Positions 26,481 to 39,336 of a stretch of DNA of 64,000 nucleotides are shown in pieces. The notes beneath the pieces are model-generated. The model saw nothing but the letters and a program-made list of their open reading frames with translations, did not search any database and had not been told where the DNA came from. Both the position numbers and the translations under genes were made by a program. Each line of letters opens with the position of its first letter. Position 1 is the first letter of the stretch. This stretch comes from Phoronis australis (taxonomy: Eukaryota; Animalia; Phoronida): positions 1,766,427-1,830,426 of the forward strand of contig NMRA01000018.1 in the NCBI GenBank assembly GCA_002633005.1, written 5' to 3'.

Positions 26481-26564
26481 CTTGCAGAGGTGCTGTCAGG
26501 AAAAATGAGTTGAACGCATACATCAGCACCGCGGCACCAATCACCATCAGCAGAATGTGGCTCA
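26481..26564 (-). CDS. ILEI-domain gene: membrane-anchor exon (SHILLMVIGAAVLMYAFNSFFLTAPLQ)
   Basis: TTGTAG acceptor, AAG|GTAAGC donor; 84 nt, phase 1/1; hydrophobic stretch typical of type II Golgi proteins. Confidence 0.7.
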
Positions 26565-28489
26565 CTACAAGGTCAAAGGTTAAATCCATTACCACCCAGG
26601 GTGCTCAAGACAAAAATGATGGAGGTGGCCTGATACCACCAGCTGTGCACCAAACTTGACTAGGCCACACAATTGGGTCCATTGTACTAATCACCTGACT
26701 CACAGGGATCCCTTGGCATGGAGTTTCTCGTGAGTGAAGTCTTCTAATCTTCCCTTTTTTTTTTCAGGTCGTTGTACTCGCACGATCTGGCGATTTCTAC
26801 CAGGCAAATTGTATGCTCTTCTAGCCGAAGACGGCGAAAACCACGATAAGCAGGGCAAATTTCCACTAATTGTTGGGGAGTCTTAACTTCCTAGCCATGC
26901 TGAGAGCAGTTTGAACAGGCCACGTGACCTGTGATGTTTCAGTGACAAGTATTTACTTAGACAAACTACCGGATAGCCAGCCTATCTTGGCATAAGGGTC
27001 TGCTGGAGCCTCTTGGCTCAACAGGACTTGGAAAATAAATTGTGTTTGTACGCAAGTGGTGCCAATGCTCCATGGATCTGCTGACGATTTATGCGCAGCC
27101 AGCTAACACTAGCAAACTGTGACAAGTAGCTGTGTGACCTTTTACATAAACTTCAAGAGCAATTCGATTCCAGAAATTCAACGTAGTTCAAACCAATCCC
27201 AGAAAATAGATTATTTCAGAGCAATGAACCAATCTAGAGGTGTAGCAATTTTAAATAAGAGTCCAGTCGTAACCTCCTGTAACACTTCAAAACATCACAT
27301 ATCTGCCAAAAATAAAAAGAATAGACACAATTTCCAAAAACCTGTTTTACCAGAGCACTGCTTCACTGTCCTGCGGAGTCCTCTAGACATCTTCAACTTT
27401 GTAGAGTTTATACTTGTATCTACATTATACAGCTAGTGGGCTTGTTGTAGTCACATTTTCAAATGCACGAGGTAGTCTGAAATGAGATGACAATACTTGT
27501 AATCAAGATAAATGCGACAAATATTAAGCTTTCAGGCATCAGCATTCTGTTAAACATACTTGCACTTACATGGACTATAAGAGCAACAGTCATTGTCTGC
27601 AATGCAGCAGCGCCCTCTCTGATTCTGTGATATTTACCCACAATGCTTTGCATCTGAGGGGAACCTGGTCCCCAGATGTACACTGTTGCCATTCTTATTA
27701 CTAGTTTACATTAAGACTAGTAAGCGATTTGTCATTCTCACTTGAAGTTTTACTGTTGCACAATATTGCCAGGGTGAAGAGAACTAGACCGTGTGTTCAG
27801 TCAAATGGAGCTTTTTTACTCTTTCAAGTCATCTAAAGTAAGTAATTTGCAAACATTAGAGAATTAATTTTATTAATTCCTTTAGACACGTTTTAAATTA
27901 ATAAACCTCTGTTGTTTCAGAAAAGTGGTAACAACATGGCGCAGTTAGATTGGTACGACGAGGGTGGCACCGAAGATAGGGCAGTAGAAAAAGTGATGAC
28001 CACAGTGTGGCCAAAATGACGACTGACAAGAATGGGCCTCATTGTTATCTTCCTCCCCAAGCCACAATAATGCTTGCTAAACCACTTCACACATATGATA
28101 ACTATTAGGAGTTGAACGTGAATTCGCGAGTCAGAATTTTACAATGCACATACTATTACACATGCTTCCTATCAAAGTAAAACGAAGGTTTGTGGGAAAA
28201 GAAACGCTGCGTGAGAACAGATTTGCAGTACAAGAAGAAACTTTGTCACTTTGAAAGGGCTTTGGAAATGTACCGTTTAATACCAAACTTGCCATAATGA
28301 CGTATGCGTGCAGTGCTTATCATGACTGCTAATTACAGTGAATTCAATCATTCTTTAACCAGTTATAAGACAGCACACTGTATGTGCTCTGCATTTTACA
28401 CTTTGGTATCTGTATCGATGAAGATAATTAGCTTTTAGAGAATTCCAAATGCTTTGTAGTTCACTGTGTTTATTTAATATAAAAACTAA

Positions 28490-29350
28490 AACAAGAGCAA
28501 CGCAAAGCGTTGACGTGCACCCACCGTGTGCATCGCATATAGCACAGATACAAGGGATGATTTCCACTTTAAACACTGCAACTAAATGGAGCAACGACAG
28601 CCTCTAGGGGGCGCATAGCAACTCCGCAATGCTCTCCTCAATAGGAACACACCTGCCAAGCCCGTAAAAAAATAAAAACTGGCACTAGGGGCACACTGCA
28701 AGTCAGATGCACCCAAATGTCATCTGTAGTCCGGTTCAAAGAAATACAATTGCAGGGAGAAACAGCTAAGGATGCGAAAAAATCAAACTGCCACTAGGGA
28801 GTACCACAGTAGTTTAACTGTACAAAAATCGTCACCCATGCTCTTCCCAGTAGGAACACATTTACGAATTTTCGTAACGATTTATAGAATTGTTTGGCCG
28901 ATAGAGAGATGGACGCCAAAAACGGACTAAAACATGATAAAAAACAGCCACTAGGAGGCGTTCACTACGTCAAATCCATAAATCTATTTAAAAACAAAAA
29001 GATGTCATTGCCTCATTAATAGAAACTTATTTGTCAAACTTTATAAAAATCCATCAGGAAACTCTAAAGATACGGAAGAAAACGAAAAAATTAATAAAAT
29101 TACCAATAGGTGGCACAGCAGCTGATGGATAAGTCCGAATGTCGTCATCCGTTACAACCTTTATACAATTACACTTGCCAAATTTAACAAAGATCCTGCA
29201 GACGTTTTAGGAGGTACACTCACGGCCGCAAAGAAAACAAAACTGCCACCAGGAGGCAAAAATCCGTCCAGGAACTACAAACATACAGAGGATAACAGGA
29301 AAAAATAAATTTGCCACTATGAGACATAGCAGTGGTTAGATCTGTCCGTG
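28490..29350 (+). mobile_element. Diverged copy of the same element (start plus internal modules)
   Basis: AACAAGAGCAACGCAAAGCGTTGA start; shares GCACAGATACA.G.GATGA and GCCTCTAGGGGGCGCA with the 20304 copy. Confidence 0.65.
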
Positions 29351-29399
29351 GCTACCATGTCTCCTGGGGCCAGCAGTGATGGCGGCACTGTCTAGGCCT

Positions 29400-30116
29400 G
29401 AAGCAAAGTGATATGTCTTCTGACAGCAATGTAAGGAGTTTGCATATGAAAACAATGGTTCGATCCACCTTGGAATACGCTTCTACTGTTTGGTACCCCA
29501 ATACCTACACTATACTGCTGTAGAAAAAGTATAGAAGAAAGCTGCTCATTAGGTCACGAGACAGTTCAATCGCCTATCCTCTGCTGGGTCATCTGTACCT
29601 TAAACTTTCTCACCCTCAGCCATAGACACACAGCTACAGGCACAAATCTGTCGGCTGAAATTGTTTTATAAGTATGGTAATAAGTCGGTGATCATCAACT
29701 CTGATGTTGCCCCCGTTGCCGATTCTGCTTTCCTTGGCATCCGTACCAGAAGGTCATCAAATTATAACATACCAATAATTAGGACAGATTACAAGAAAGA
29801 GTTTCTTTCCTAGAACAGCCTCGCACTGAAATACCTTGCCGGGCTACATTACAACAGCCCCACCTCTTGGTTTGTCAAAACGCTATCTGCCTTCCGACTA
29901 TGTTACTTCAAAGTAACATAGTCGAATGCCTCCATCTGGGGCACCCGCTTACTGTCTGCCCAATAGGTAAATGACCTAGCTATGTTAACCAATCTCTCGT
30001 CCCCTAAGTATAAATCTTTAAACTTGTTATAGTTGTTTTTGTCTTTTTTATCTTCATTGTTATACTGTGACATAATACTCTGAAGAGAGTGTGGTCACTA
30101 GAACCAAGAAGAAGAC
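29400..30116 (+). mobile_element. Degenerate CR1/L2-like LINE 3' end
   Basis: Translates TMVRSTLEYASTVWYP (cf. LVRPxLEYxSxVWxP) and later FFPRT..LP with frameshifts; ends in an AAG-rich tail. Confidence 0.75.
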
Positions 30117-30414
30117 CAAGTTTAGAAAAAAAGAAAAAAGAAAACTGAAGTTTGTAAAATTTTAATACCTTAATTTTCTCTTAAGTGACACCATTCAAAA
30201 GCCCTGGAAAATATGTTTTATAACACTGGGTAAAATGTTGAAGAAGTATTTAAAAGTATTTATACGGATTACATCCAAATTATGTGAGAAGACTGAACTC
30301 TGAAGTGAAAAGGTGACAAAAATGGGTAGCCCTACCTGGCCCCTATGCTTAACTAAACTAGCTCTAGACAGTGACTGCCGTCTCTAACTGGCCTCAGGAG
30401 ATGATGAAGCATCA

Positions 30415-31938
30415 TACGCCAGAGGCCTTCACTGGCTTCAGCGAATTATGTCTCACACTGATTAAAACATCAGTGTACCTTTATATTGTGACACCTTCGG
30501 AGGCCGTCAATGTTTTTAATGCCTTCCAACTAGAACACATACTCCCGTTATCAAACTTTTTCTTCAAGCAGTCCTTCATTCAGTTGCCCAACTTGGAAAC
30601 TGGCCTCCTATTTTTAGTCATAGTGTATATCCGCCTGGAGAGCGTGCAGTGTTACACATGGCCAGTTGCCGATTTGGGCTACGACGAGTTGGAAGGAATT
30701 AAAGACAAACACGGCACCGTCGCCAAAAAGATGTTCATATATGCACAAAACGTAATTAAAACAAAGTGAATTTAATATTTTTAACCAGTTTGAGGCACAA
30801 TTCGCTGAAAAGCTTCCGGCGTATGAAGTTCGTACTTCACTCTCTCTACTACTAGTATACTGGGGAACCCAATGTTCGTCCGCCTAAGCATAAAACCGAC
30901 TTGCTGTTGTACTCACCGAATTATTTCACTTCAAAGNGCCGGAAGCTTTTCGGCGAATTATGCCTCGCACCGACTAAACCATCAAAGTCACGTTGTTATA
31001 AATACCTTTTGCGCATAGAGGAACACCTGAGGAGGTTGTCGATGTGTTTAATTCCTTCCAACTCGAACAAATACTCCCATTATCAAACTTTTTCTTCGAG
31101 CAGTCCCTATTTCAGTTCCCAAAATCGTGAACTCACCATTTTTATACTGCGCACGCTAGGTGATGTGAATTCATGACCTCAATCTTTAAATAGCCCAAAG
31201 GTGAGCCATTGCGGTCTTGTCAGTGAAATGTTCGTTTCCAAAATGCCACCACATATACTTGTCTTTAATTGGCGTTACTTGAAACTGATTGTATTTCAAT
31301 GAATCATTGTTTGTATTTGACAAAAATAAATGCTGTTGATATGACATTTAATAGTCTTTGACATTTTAATGTTTAACAACACGGCAAATGCACGGCTGGT
31401 TCCCGGGAGCACGTACGCGAAGGGCGGGAACTTCAGCTTTCAAAGTTCGCCGGTAGGTCCGCAACTTCTGACCTTCGGCCTAGTTAAAAAAATGAAAAAG
31501 TTGATTTCACAATTTTGGGAACTGAAATAGGTACTGCTCGAAGAAAAAGTTTCATAACGGGAGTATTTGTTTGAGTTGGAAGGAATTAAACACATCGACA
31601 ACCTCCTAAGGTGTTCCTCTATGCGCAAAAGGTATTTATAACAACGTGACTTTGATGGTTTAGTCGGTGCGAGGCATAATTCGCCGAAAAGCTTCCGGCG
31701 TACAGAGCGTCTATAGCCTCTGCATCGCCTCTGCTTCGGGCCAACAGAGGCGATGGTCATTGTCTACCGCCAGGAGAGCGTTGCCGATTTGGGCTACGAC
31801 GAGTTGGGAGGAATTAAAGACATACACGGCACCATCGCCAAAAAGATGTTCATATATGCACAAAACGTAATTAAAACAAAGTGAATTTAATATTTTTAAT
31901 CAGTTTGAGGCATAATTCGCTGAAAAGCTTCCGGCGTA
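30415..31938. mobile_element. Cluster of related fold-back/MITE copies (30415-30823, 30938-31702, right end ~31770-31938)
   Basis: Long inverted arms ending GCCGGAAGCTTTTCGGCGAATTATGCCTC / GAGGCATAATTCGCCGAAAAGCTTCCGGCGTA; the mirror ORFs 30901+ and 31440- are by-products. Confidence 0.8.
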
Positions 31939-32154
31939 TGAAGTTCCTACTTCACTCTCTCTCTAGTCTCTGGAGTCTGGGCAGGGGCAGTGCCATGGGA
32001 CAGCCCGAGAACGATGGTCACTGTCTAAACTGTCTCCAACTACACTCGAAAGTTACACATAGTGGCGTGACGTTCATAGTTTAGCCTTGGTTTAGCATAC
32101 TTTGAGGTAAAACTCATGGCGTACAGGATGGGATATGCCACCGCCTATTCTTAC

Positions 32155-32187
32155 CCTAAAAACAAGACCTAGTTGTCGAAACGACAT
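32155..32187 (-). other. Candidate first exon or uORF of the minus-strand ILEI gene (MSFRQLGLVFR)
   Basis: ATG...AGG|GTAAGA in CpG-richer DNA 163 bp from the DSTYK ATG. Its phase 0 does not match the anchor exon (phase 1), so the link is unproven. Confidence 0.35.
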
Positions 32188-32350
32188 ACTTCGGCGTCGA
32201 CCATGATCACTTTCCGACCAATGAAACTTGCTTTTTCAAATATAACATGTACTCTTATCTATCATCTGATTGGTTTAATTCTGCGATCGAGACATTCCGC
32301 TATTTTCACCGGAGTTAGCCGGGAAGGACCAGAGTGAGATGACTTCCGCG
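32188..32350. promoter_or_regulatory. Probable (bidirectional) promoter region
   Basis: Oppositely oriented CCAAT boxes (CCAAT ~32218, ATTGG ~32269), ETS-like ACTTCCG (~32342), no TATA box; lies between divergent genes. Confidence 0.5.
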
Positions 32351-32474
32351 ATGGCTGCTAACTTGCCAAACGAAGTTAACAAATTTTGTGCAAATTTGGC
32401 AAAAATTAGAAGAAGCTTAAACGAAACTAAAAGTTGTTTTAGTGACATAAGCGCGCACGGGAATATAGGTGCAG
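32351..32474 (+). CDS. DSTYK: DSTYK exon 1 (MAANLPNEVNKFCANLAKIRRSLNETKSCFSDISAHGNIGA)
   Basis: ATG in GCGATGG context; ends CAG|GTAAGT; 124 nt, phase 1, matching exon 2. Confidence 0.8.
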
Positions 32475-32562
32475 GTAAGTGGATTGAGTTCAAGGTTGTT
32501 TTAGCAGTGTTAGTCGTTTGTTTGGTTGCTGACATACTGTCTGTGTTGTGTTGTTGTGATGA

Positions 32563-34108
32563 AGTAACTCACACAGGCATCTTCAGCTTCTGATTATCCC
32601 CAATACACTATATAATACTACAAGGTATGACACTCCGGACAAGAAATTCCACGGGTGCTTCACTTCAGTCGTCCATAGCAAACACAAATCTCAATAAATT
32701 TACACAAAACAGGTTCAACAAACCATGAGGAATTTTTCTCCCAACGAATATAGTCCGGTTACCTATTGTCGTCAGGCTCCAAAGGTCGTCCGCCATCTTG
32801 TTTCGCGTGCAGCGCAACCACGCGGGACTTAGCGTTCCAATTTGGAGTGCTCGTGTGCACGTTAGGTACTAACTTATCGGAATAGACACTCATCAAAGTA
32901 ATGAGACAAAAATCGGTGAGTTTACCGATTGTTTTTTAAAACCACTTAAAAATCAGTAGATTTTACTAATACACTTTTTTGTGCGTTTTCAGAAGATGTT
33001 TTCGAATTTAAATTTTCTTCCGACGGGACACAAAACATGATCCAGGGTTTGTTTATGCAATGTATCTGTTTGTCCCAGGCACTAGTAGGATCTAGAAGGC
33101 CAAAGGAAAAATCCGCAGACAAATGCGATACGCTGGGTTCTTAACATTTTTGCCTCACGCATTCACCATTAAACTGCATTGAAATGTTGTCCAATTGGCT
33201 TTTATTGGAAACCACAGTGCAGAGCTCAACATCAAAGCTTCAAATCGAGTTTATGTCAATAAAAACAGGCTGTTGCAATTTTCATTACTTCGTTGGCCTT
33301 TTTCTGCATGTTTCTCAGTTTTTACAAAAGGGGGCAGCATATGACGACCTTAGGTGTCACAATAAAATGGCTGCCGAAGGCAGTGCACATTTGAAATAAC
33401 TCGGCACAAATTAAAGAAAACTTCCGAATCGATGAATGCGGTATATCTGTGAGAGTTAAATCGAATCCTATTCAGATCATAACTTTGAAGTGGAATAATT
33501 CGGTGAGTACAACAGCAAGTCGGTTTTATGCTTAGGCGGACGACCATTGGGTTCCCGAGTATACCATATAGGCATATACGATGTCCTGCTTCACCCAGTT
33601 CGATAGAAATTCGTGGTTAAAGCTCAAAAATGTTTGCAAAAAGCCCGTCCGGAGATACTCCTTTGTAAATCAGACTATACGGAATTGTCCAATGAGTTAC
33701 GAATGAATGGCAATTGCCGATTTGTCACAGAAAAAGTTATTTAAACCGTGACTAATCGGCTATTGACGTTCATCCGTAACTCATTGGATAATTCCGTAAT
33801 AATCGCTCTTGACCTCGATTTACAAAGGAGTTTCTCCGTACGGAATTTTTGGGAAGATTTTTGTGCTTTGATCGCGAATTTCTTGTGAACTGGGTGAAGC
33901 AGGACACCGTAAATGGTATTGGGAGAAAGAACAATTCCTCATGGTTTGTTGAACGTCTGTTTTGTGTAAATTTATTGAGTTTTGTGTTTGCTATGGATGG
34001 CTGAAGTGAAGCACCCGTGGAATTTCTAGTCCGGGGTATCATACCTTATTTAGACCTATGTGTATTAGGGACGATCAGAAGCAAAGGATACCTGTGGATG
34101 AAGTTAGT
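32563..34108. mobile_element. Inverted-repeat element (arms ~32563-32745 and ~33918-34108) with nested elements at ~32764-33563 and 33577-33911
   Basis: Arms are reverse complements (AAGGTATGA...GAAATTCCACGGGTGCTTCACTTCAG); inner palindrome TACGATGTCCTGCTTCACCCAGTT / AACTGGGTGAAGCAGGACACCGTA; middle element has GGTCGTCCGCC / GGCGGACGACC ends. Confidence 0.8.
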
Positions 34109-35109
34109 GTTAACAAAAAGAAGCCCTGCCACTCAGCCACCAGGGGGTGAGACCATCTGATCCATCAGTCAGCTCACCTGGAATTGCCAAACAACATTCT
34201 GTGAGTCTCCTCCAAATAGCTTGGCGAAAAGACAAATGTTATTACAAGACAAGGAATCAAAAAAATGAAGCTAGGCCAAAGTCCCTAGACTAGCCTAGTG
34301 ACGCCTAGCAGGGATAGAGTTGTGTTATCGAAAGCTACCCAGAATTATTCTAGAAGAATATCCTGGCCTCTTCCATAGGCCCTGGTGCAAAGCCATCGTT
34401 GAGTACACTAAATTAGTAACTGGTGCTAAAATATCATGACTTCAACATCTGGCACCCTGAACATCAAACCAAGAGAAGTGCACCAAGGAATCAGTCAAGC
34501 AGTCTGCACTAAATCAGAAAATCTTGTTGCGAACGTAGTGCTCTCTTGTTGGCGTTATTTGGTGCTGTCGGTGTTCATCCCTGTGTGTGTGTTGTTTTCA
34601 TGGTGAACCTGAATATTAGTCAATTTGAACGCTGTCTTATGGGTACACCTCTGGTCTGTGAAGACATACTATTCAGAGTGTCCTGGCTTGAGTCCATTTG
34701 CGCATTACTTAAGTGAAGTCTGAAGGCTATAAGTCCAGTAAGTCTATCTCTTTAACTGCCTGCTTGCAGGCGGCGTGTACTATAATCTCGAGTAACTTGA
34801 GAACAGAAAGTCATAGAGAGCATTCAATGAGACACTGTACATATGTGTCTTAAAGAGATTCGTCCAGGTACCAAATTTCCAAAAGATTTTCTCAAACCAT
34901 CACGAAACTAGAGCTCCAAAAGCAATTTTTTGAAAAGAGGCTATCACAGACCCACCTAAAAACAATGCTAACTGTGAAATTGACAGCAGGCTTTTTCTTT
35001 GTTACAAAGTGGTAGAGTATACTGTACATAAATGGTGTTTATGACAGTAGAACCATTTCCTAATTTCGAGAAATAACTATTATCTAATTTGACCTAATTA
35101 TGCAGCCAC

Positions 35110-35860
35110 ACACACCTACGCACAGACATATGCCATCACCCCTGTTTATCCGACATCCATTGCTGTTTCTCTAAAACCCTTTGAAGGATTTTTGTAAAAT
35201 TGTTCCTAGAATCTGACGACTGCTGTGTCTCTTAGAGAGATAATTTTAGTTTTTTATGCTTTCCTGTTTTCGTAACGGTTTCTTGACATATTTTCATGAA
35301 ATTTTACAGCACTACCTTCCCATTGTCTAGTGGATTCAACGTTTTATGTGTCACCTTGTGACTATTTTTACTATTCTTGATAGTATTTTTGGTACGAAAT
35401 TGCTCAAACAAATACATTCTGACCTTCGGTAGTTGCGTTCCTGCTTAGAAAAGCAGGGTTGAGTTAAGCTTTGGATGGTTGCAACTTCTCTGGCACCTCC
35501 TATTGCCATTTTTTACATCTGTGGCTGTATGTCCTAAACCCCTATAGGATCTTTAAACAAGTTAAATTTCTGTGGATGTGGCAGAAGATGATGGTGACAT
35601 TCAGATGAAGCTGATTACCTCTGGGCTGCTAAGAGACAATCGTAGTACTTTTACTTTTTCCTCGGAATCTTCAGAGTTCCTTGTCAAATTTTGATGAAAA
35701 TTGCCTGCATAGCTATCTGTTACGGAAACACTGTACCTTCCCATTTTCAGATAGATTCCCCATATTTTAGACCACCTTTTGAGGCTTTTGTTATGTGCCT
35801 TTAATGGCCAACAGTTTTGAAGGTCATTATGAAAATTGGCATATCGTTCTTTCTGTGAAG
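35110..35860 (-). mobile_element. Highly diverged reverse copy of the same family
   Basis: ATGCCATCA...CTCTAAAACCCTTTGAAGGAT and repeated ATGAAATT modules resemble 52770-52860. Confidence 0.45.
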
Positions 35861-38800
35861 ACTGCACAGTGACAAAGATTTTTGCATGCCAATTGGTACT
35901 TTATCCCATTGTTGGTGAAACGATTTTTTGAGCATGTGGCTCTGAATCATAGGACACTCTTCTAGGTCACTCCATTTGCCTCTTGTTTACAGCATCCTGT
36001 CAGGTATCTCTTTTGAAAACATTGGTTCTATTAAGTGGGCAATACACAATGCTCAGACCTTATTGTCACCTGTAGTTGAAGAGGTATTTATTTATATAGG
36101 AAATTACACTTGGGCTTTATAATTGATATTTTCCAAAGTGTTAAATTGAGTGTGCGATTTAAGTGAGGCAAGCAGTTTCCAGCCTCGTACAAATAAGTTA
36201 GAGAAAAGTATGAATTTTTCCTAACAATTTTGGATGTGCTAAATGAAGTGAGTATGCGAGATAAGTAGAGAATTACTGTCATATAAAATTATGCATTTAG
36301 AAACTAAAGTTATAAATAACCTAATTGACATGTATGCGTATTTAGTGAAACTTCTACATAACGTTAGATTTATTTGTTGACAGCGGACCGTCATTAGAAT
36401 TTTTATTTTTGACTTTATACAAATGTGCCATTAGTTAGGTCACGTGAATGTCTTCTCAGTAGAAATTTGTGAAAAAGAAATATACATTGGTATCAAAATA
36501 ATTGCACCAATCACATGACCAAATTTTGTTTACTAAAAATGTCAATATTTTCTAAATTGTTTCGGTATCCTTTTTGTTTCATGCGCGTTTTAATTTTTGA
36601 TAAGAATCGATGAAAGTCCTAATTTTTGATAACCCTTCATGCATAAGTGAAAATTTCGAAAACACTTCCTGTCAGCCCTTTTGGGAACTGTGTATAAAGT
36701 ATAGTGTCTGAAAGTTTCCTTGGAAACCGATCAGCCATTTCTGAGATATGCCATTTCGAAGTTTGCCAGATTTTCACATTCTTGTGTGGCCCCACATAAT
36801 ATTAACCAATCAAAATGTTTCCCATCCATCAATAAAGACAGGTGGTCCCTTCTAGTTCCACTTTTTTCTTCTCATTACTCCATGGTAACCATTTTTGCCT
36901 ATGTCAAATTTTTCCACGAATGACATAATTAAAAAGTTAAAATTTTGTCTGATTATTTTTGCTATGTACTGCAGCTGAATATAAAGAGTTAAAATAAAAT
37001 TCATCCTAGAAAATATTTACCAAGACAAACGTGGCGTTTACTTGATTGCTGTTTTTAGCTTTTGTATCAAGATCATTGGAAGCAAAACTGCTCTGTTGTA
37101 GGACAGTTCATTTTTTTACATTGTGTTTCATTATGTTGCCTTTAAACGGATTTAAAACATGTTCTTTATTTTTACTGATCTAATATTTAATTTAATTGTT
37201 GTATTTACTTGTTTTTAAGAACTTGCTTCTGAGGCTTTGGAGATTGAGGACTCGACTGGTGAAGAAAATGGTTATTTTTCTATAATACTTAATAACTTTC
37301 AATAATGTCAATTAAACTATGTACTCTTGCAAAATGGATGTCAAATTCTCTGCATCAAAACTTCCTTGGAGTTGTGTTAAGTCTATGATTTACTGGTGGT
37401 GCACTGTAGGTCCTTTTGATGGTCCCTGGTTTGAGAAATGGTGACATCTGTAACTCAATAACTGGCATTGTTCAGTGAATGCCAGGTTCTCAAAGCCAGG
37501 GACTACGAGGAGGCAATAATAAGCGCAATGCTCAGCTTCTTTTCAATGTTTAAGTTAAACTTTTTAAAAATCAAATTTAAATGGAGACTATATTACTTCC
37601 ATATCAGCAAGTGACATTTTATTCTGAATTACAGCACAAATCACTGCCTGCGTGGAATACCCTGCAAGAATCTATCAAAAACTGACATATAGCATAATTC
37701 GTCATGTGGTTTTATTTGGAATTGTTGGCTCGTTCTGCGCTCTGCTCTAGCAAGCACTCTCTTTCTCCTCTTCTTTCCAAGGCAATTATTGTATGCATGT
37801 GGTCCATGTGATTTGCATTCTCTTGTATTGTTGAACGTGATCACTGGGTGGTTGCACGACACACGTTCCTCTCCTGACAATGTTCACTCCAACCTGAATT
37901 TTTGTAGATATTTGTGGCACTTTTTTTTCCTGTAAGTGGAAATAGCAGCCGAATTCCTTATCTCTGGGGTTGTTTGGCCACATAAGTTAGAAATACCACA
38001 CATATCGACGATGTGAATACGAAGTAGCTTCAAAATCGCCATTGTTTTTTAAGAACGAGTACAATTCCGTGTCCAGTGAGTATTGTGACATGGCGTTAGG
38101 GAATAACATTGTATGATACAGGCCGTGTGAGCCTGCAACATATGTTATTAGCGAATGCAAAGGTGACCCGCAGAATTTCTTATTTTCACCTTACAAGTTG
38201 TTAATGAATACAACTGCGCTTTTTTGCATAAGTTATGTTAAAATAGCATTGTTGTTTAGTTCCTGCTATACATTAGCATAGTTAGGAGCATGCAAATACA
38301 TCTTTAATTCAGTCCGTTCGTATGTTCTTCTCAATACTTATAGGAGGGTACCACGCACATTTTGTTACTTACAGCAACACACAGTCTACAATATTAGTAG
38401 AGCTGGACTGTTTGAGTTTTCTAAAACTTAACACAGTAAATTGCTAGTGCTTGATGTTTGGATTAAAGTCAACACAACCTATTGTACATAGAAATCTTTG
38501 CAACATGTGCCAATTATTGATGTTTCTATTTTGATTGTATTTTAGACATCTTGCAAGTGACATGTGTTACATTATAAAGTGGCACTAATTTACCTGTCAG
38601 CCTTTTTGGATGATCATGGGATTAGTTACTGACTGTGCTGAAAGGTTGATTTTCAATCTTAAATAAATTAGTGGGAGTTTCCATTTTTCTGCCAAAATTG
38701 ATATCCATCTTCGGGTTTTATAAGGTAAGTGGCACAAGTCTGTGCCAGGTGTCATCACAACTTGCACAGGTCACATGACTTCTCGACTCGTGTCACATGA

Positions 38801-39210
38801 CTTTTTGACTCGGGGGGGGGGGTCACTTGACTTCATGTGTTGTTAAGGAGCAATGTTGTTGACACAACTCAAAAACTGGTCACATGTATTGTGTGGGAAA
38901 CGTGGTCAAAACATGTGAGCGGTGTCCATGTCCATGTTCATCCCACCAGTTAGAATAAAATGTTATCTCTCATTAAACATCCATAACACCTACTCACTGT
39001 GATGTGGTGGTCTGCGTGATGATTAGGTCCGTTATTATTTTAGGTCATGATTTCTTACCAGATTATAAGGAGAAATTGACTGGCAATTTATTTAATTTCA
39101 AAAGGCCCTTTTATTTGAGATACATGAAACAATTTGAAATATTTGCAGGTTTTAAAAGAAGATACCTTTCTTGTGAAAGCGTTTTTATACCCTTACAATT
39201 ACGTTTGTTT

Positions 39211-39336
39211 ATGACCAAGAGTCACATTATGACCAAGAGTCACATTATGACCAAGAGTCACATTATGACCAAGAATCACATTATGACCAAGAGTCACATT
39301 ATGACCAAGAGTCACATTATGACCAAGAGTCACATT
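39211..39336. repeat. 18-bp tandem repeat x7
   Basis: ATGACCAAGAGTCACATT units. Confidence 0.95.

Noticed and set aside
30901-31760. Pair of similar ORFs on opposite strands (RKLFGELCLAPTKPSK...)
   Set aside because: Translations of the two arms of an inverted-repeat element; no transposase motif.
34655-34725. Intronic C/D-box snoRNA (TGAAGA...CTGA)
   Set aside because: Imperfect C box, no convincing terminal stem, and no recognisable rRNA guide.
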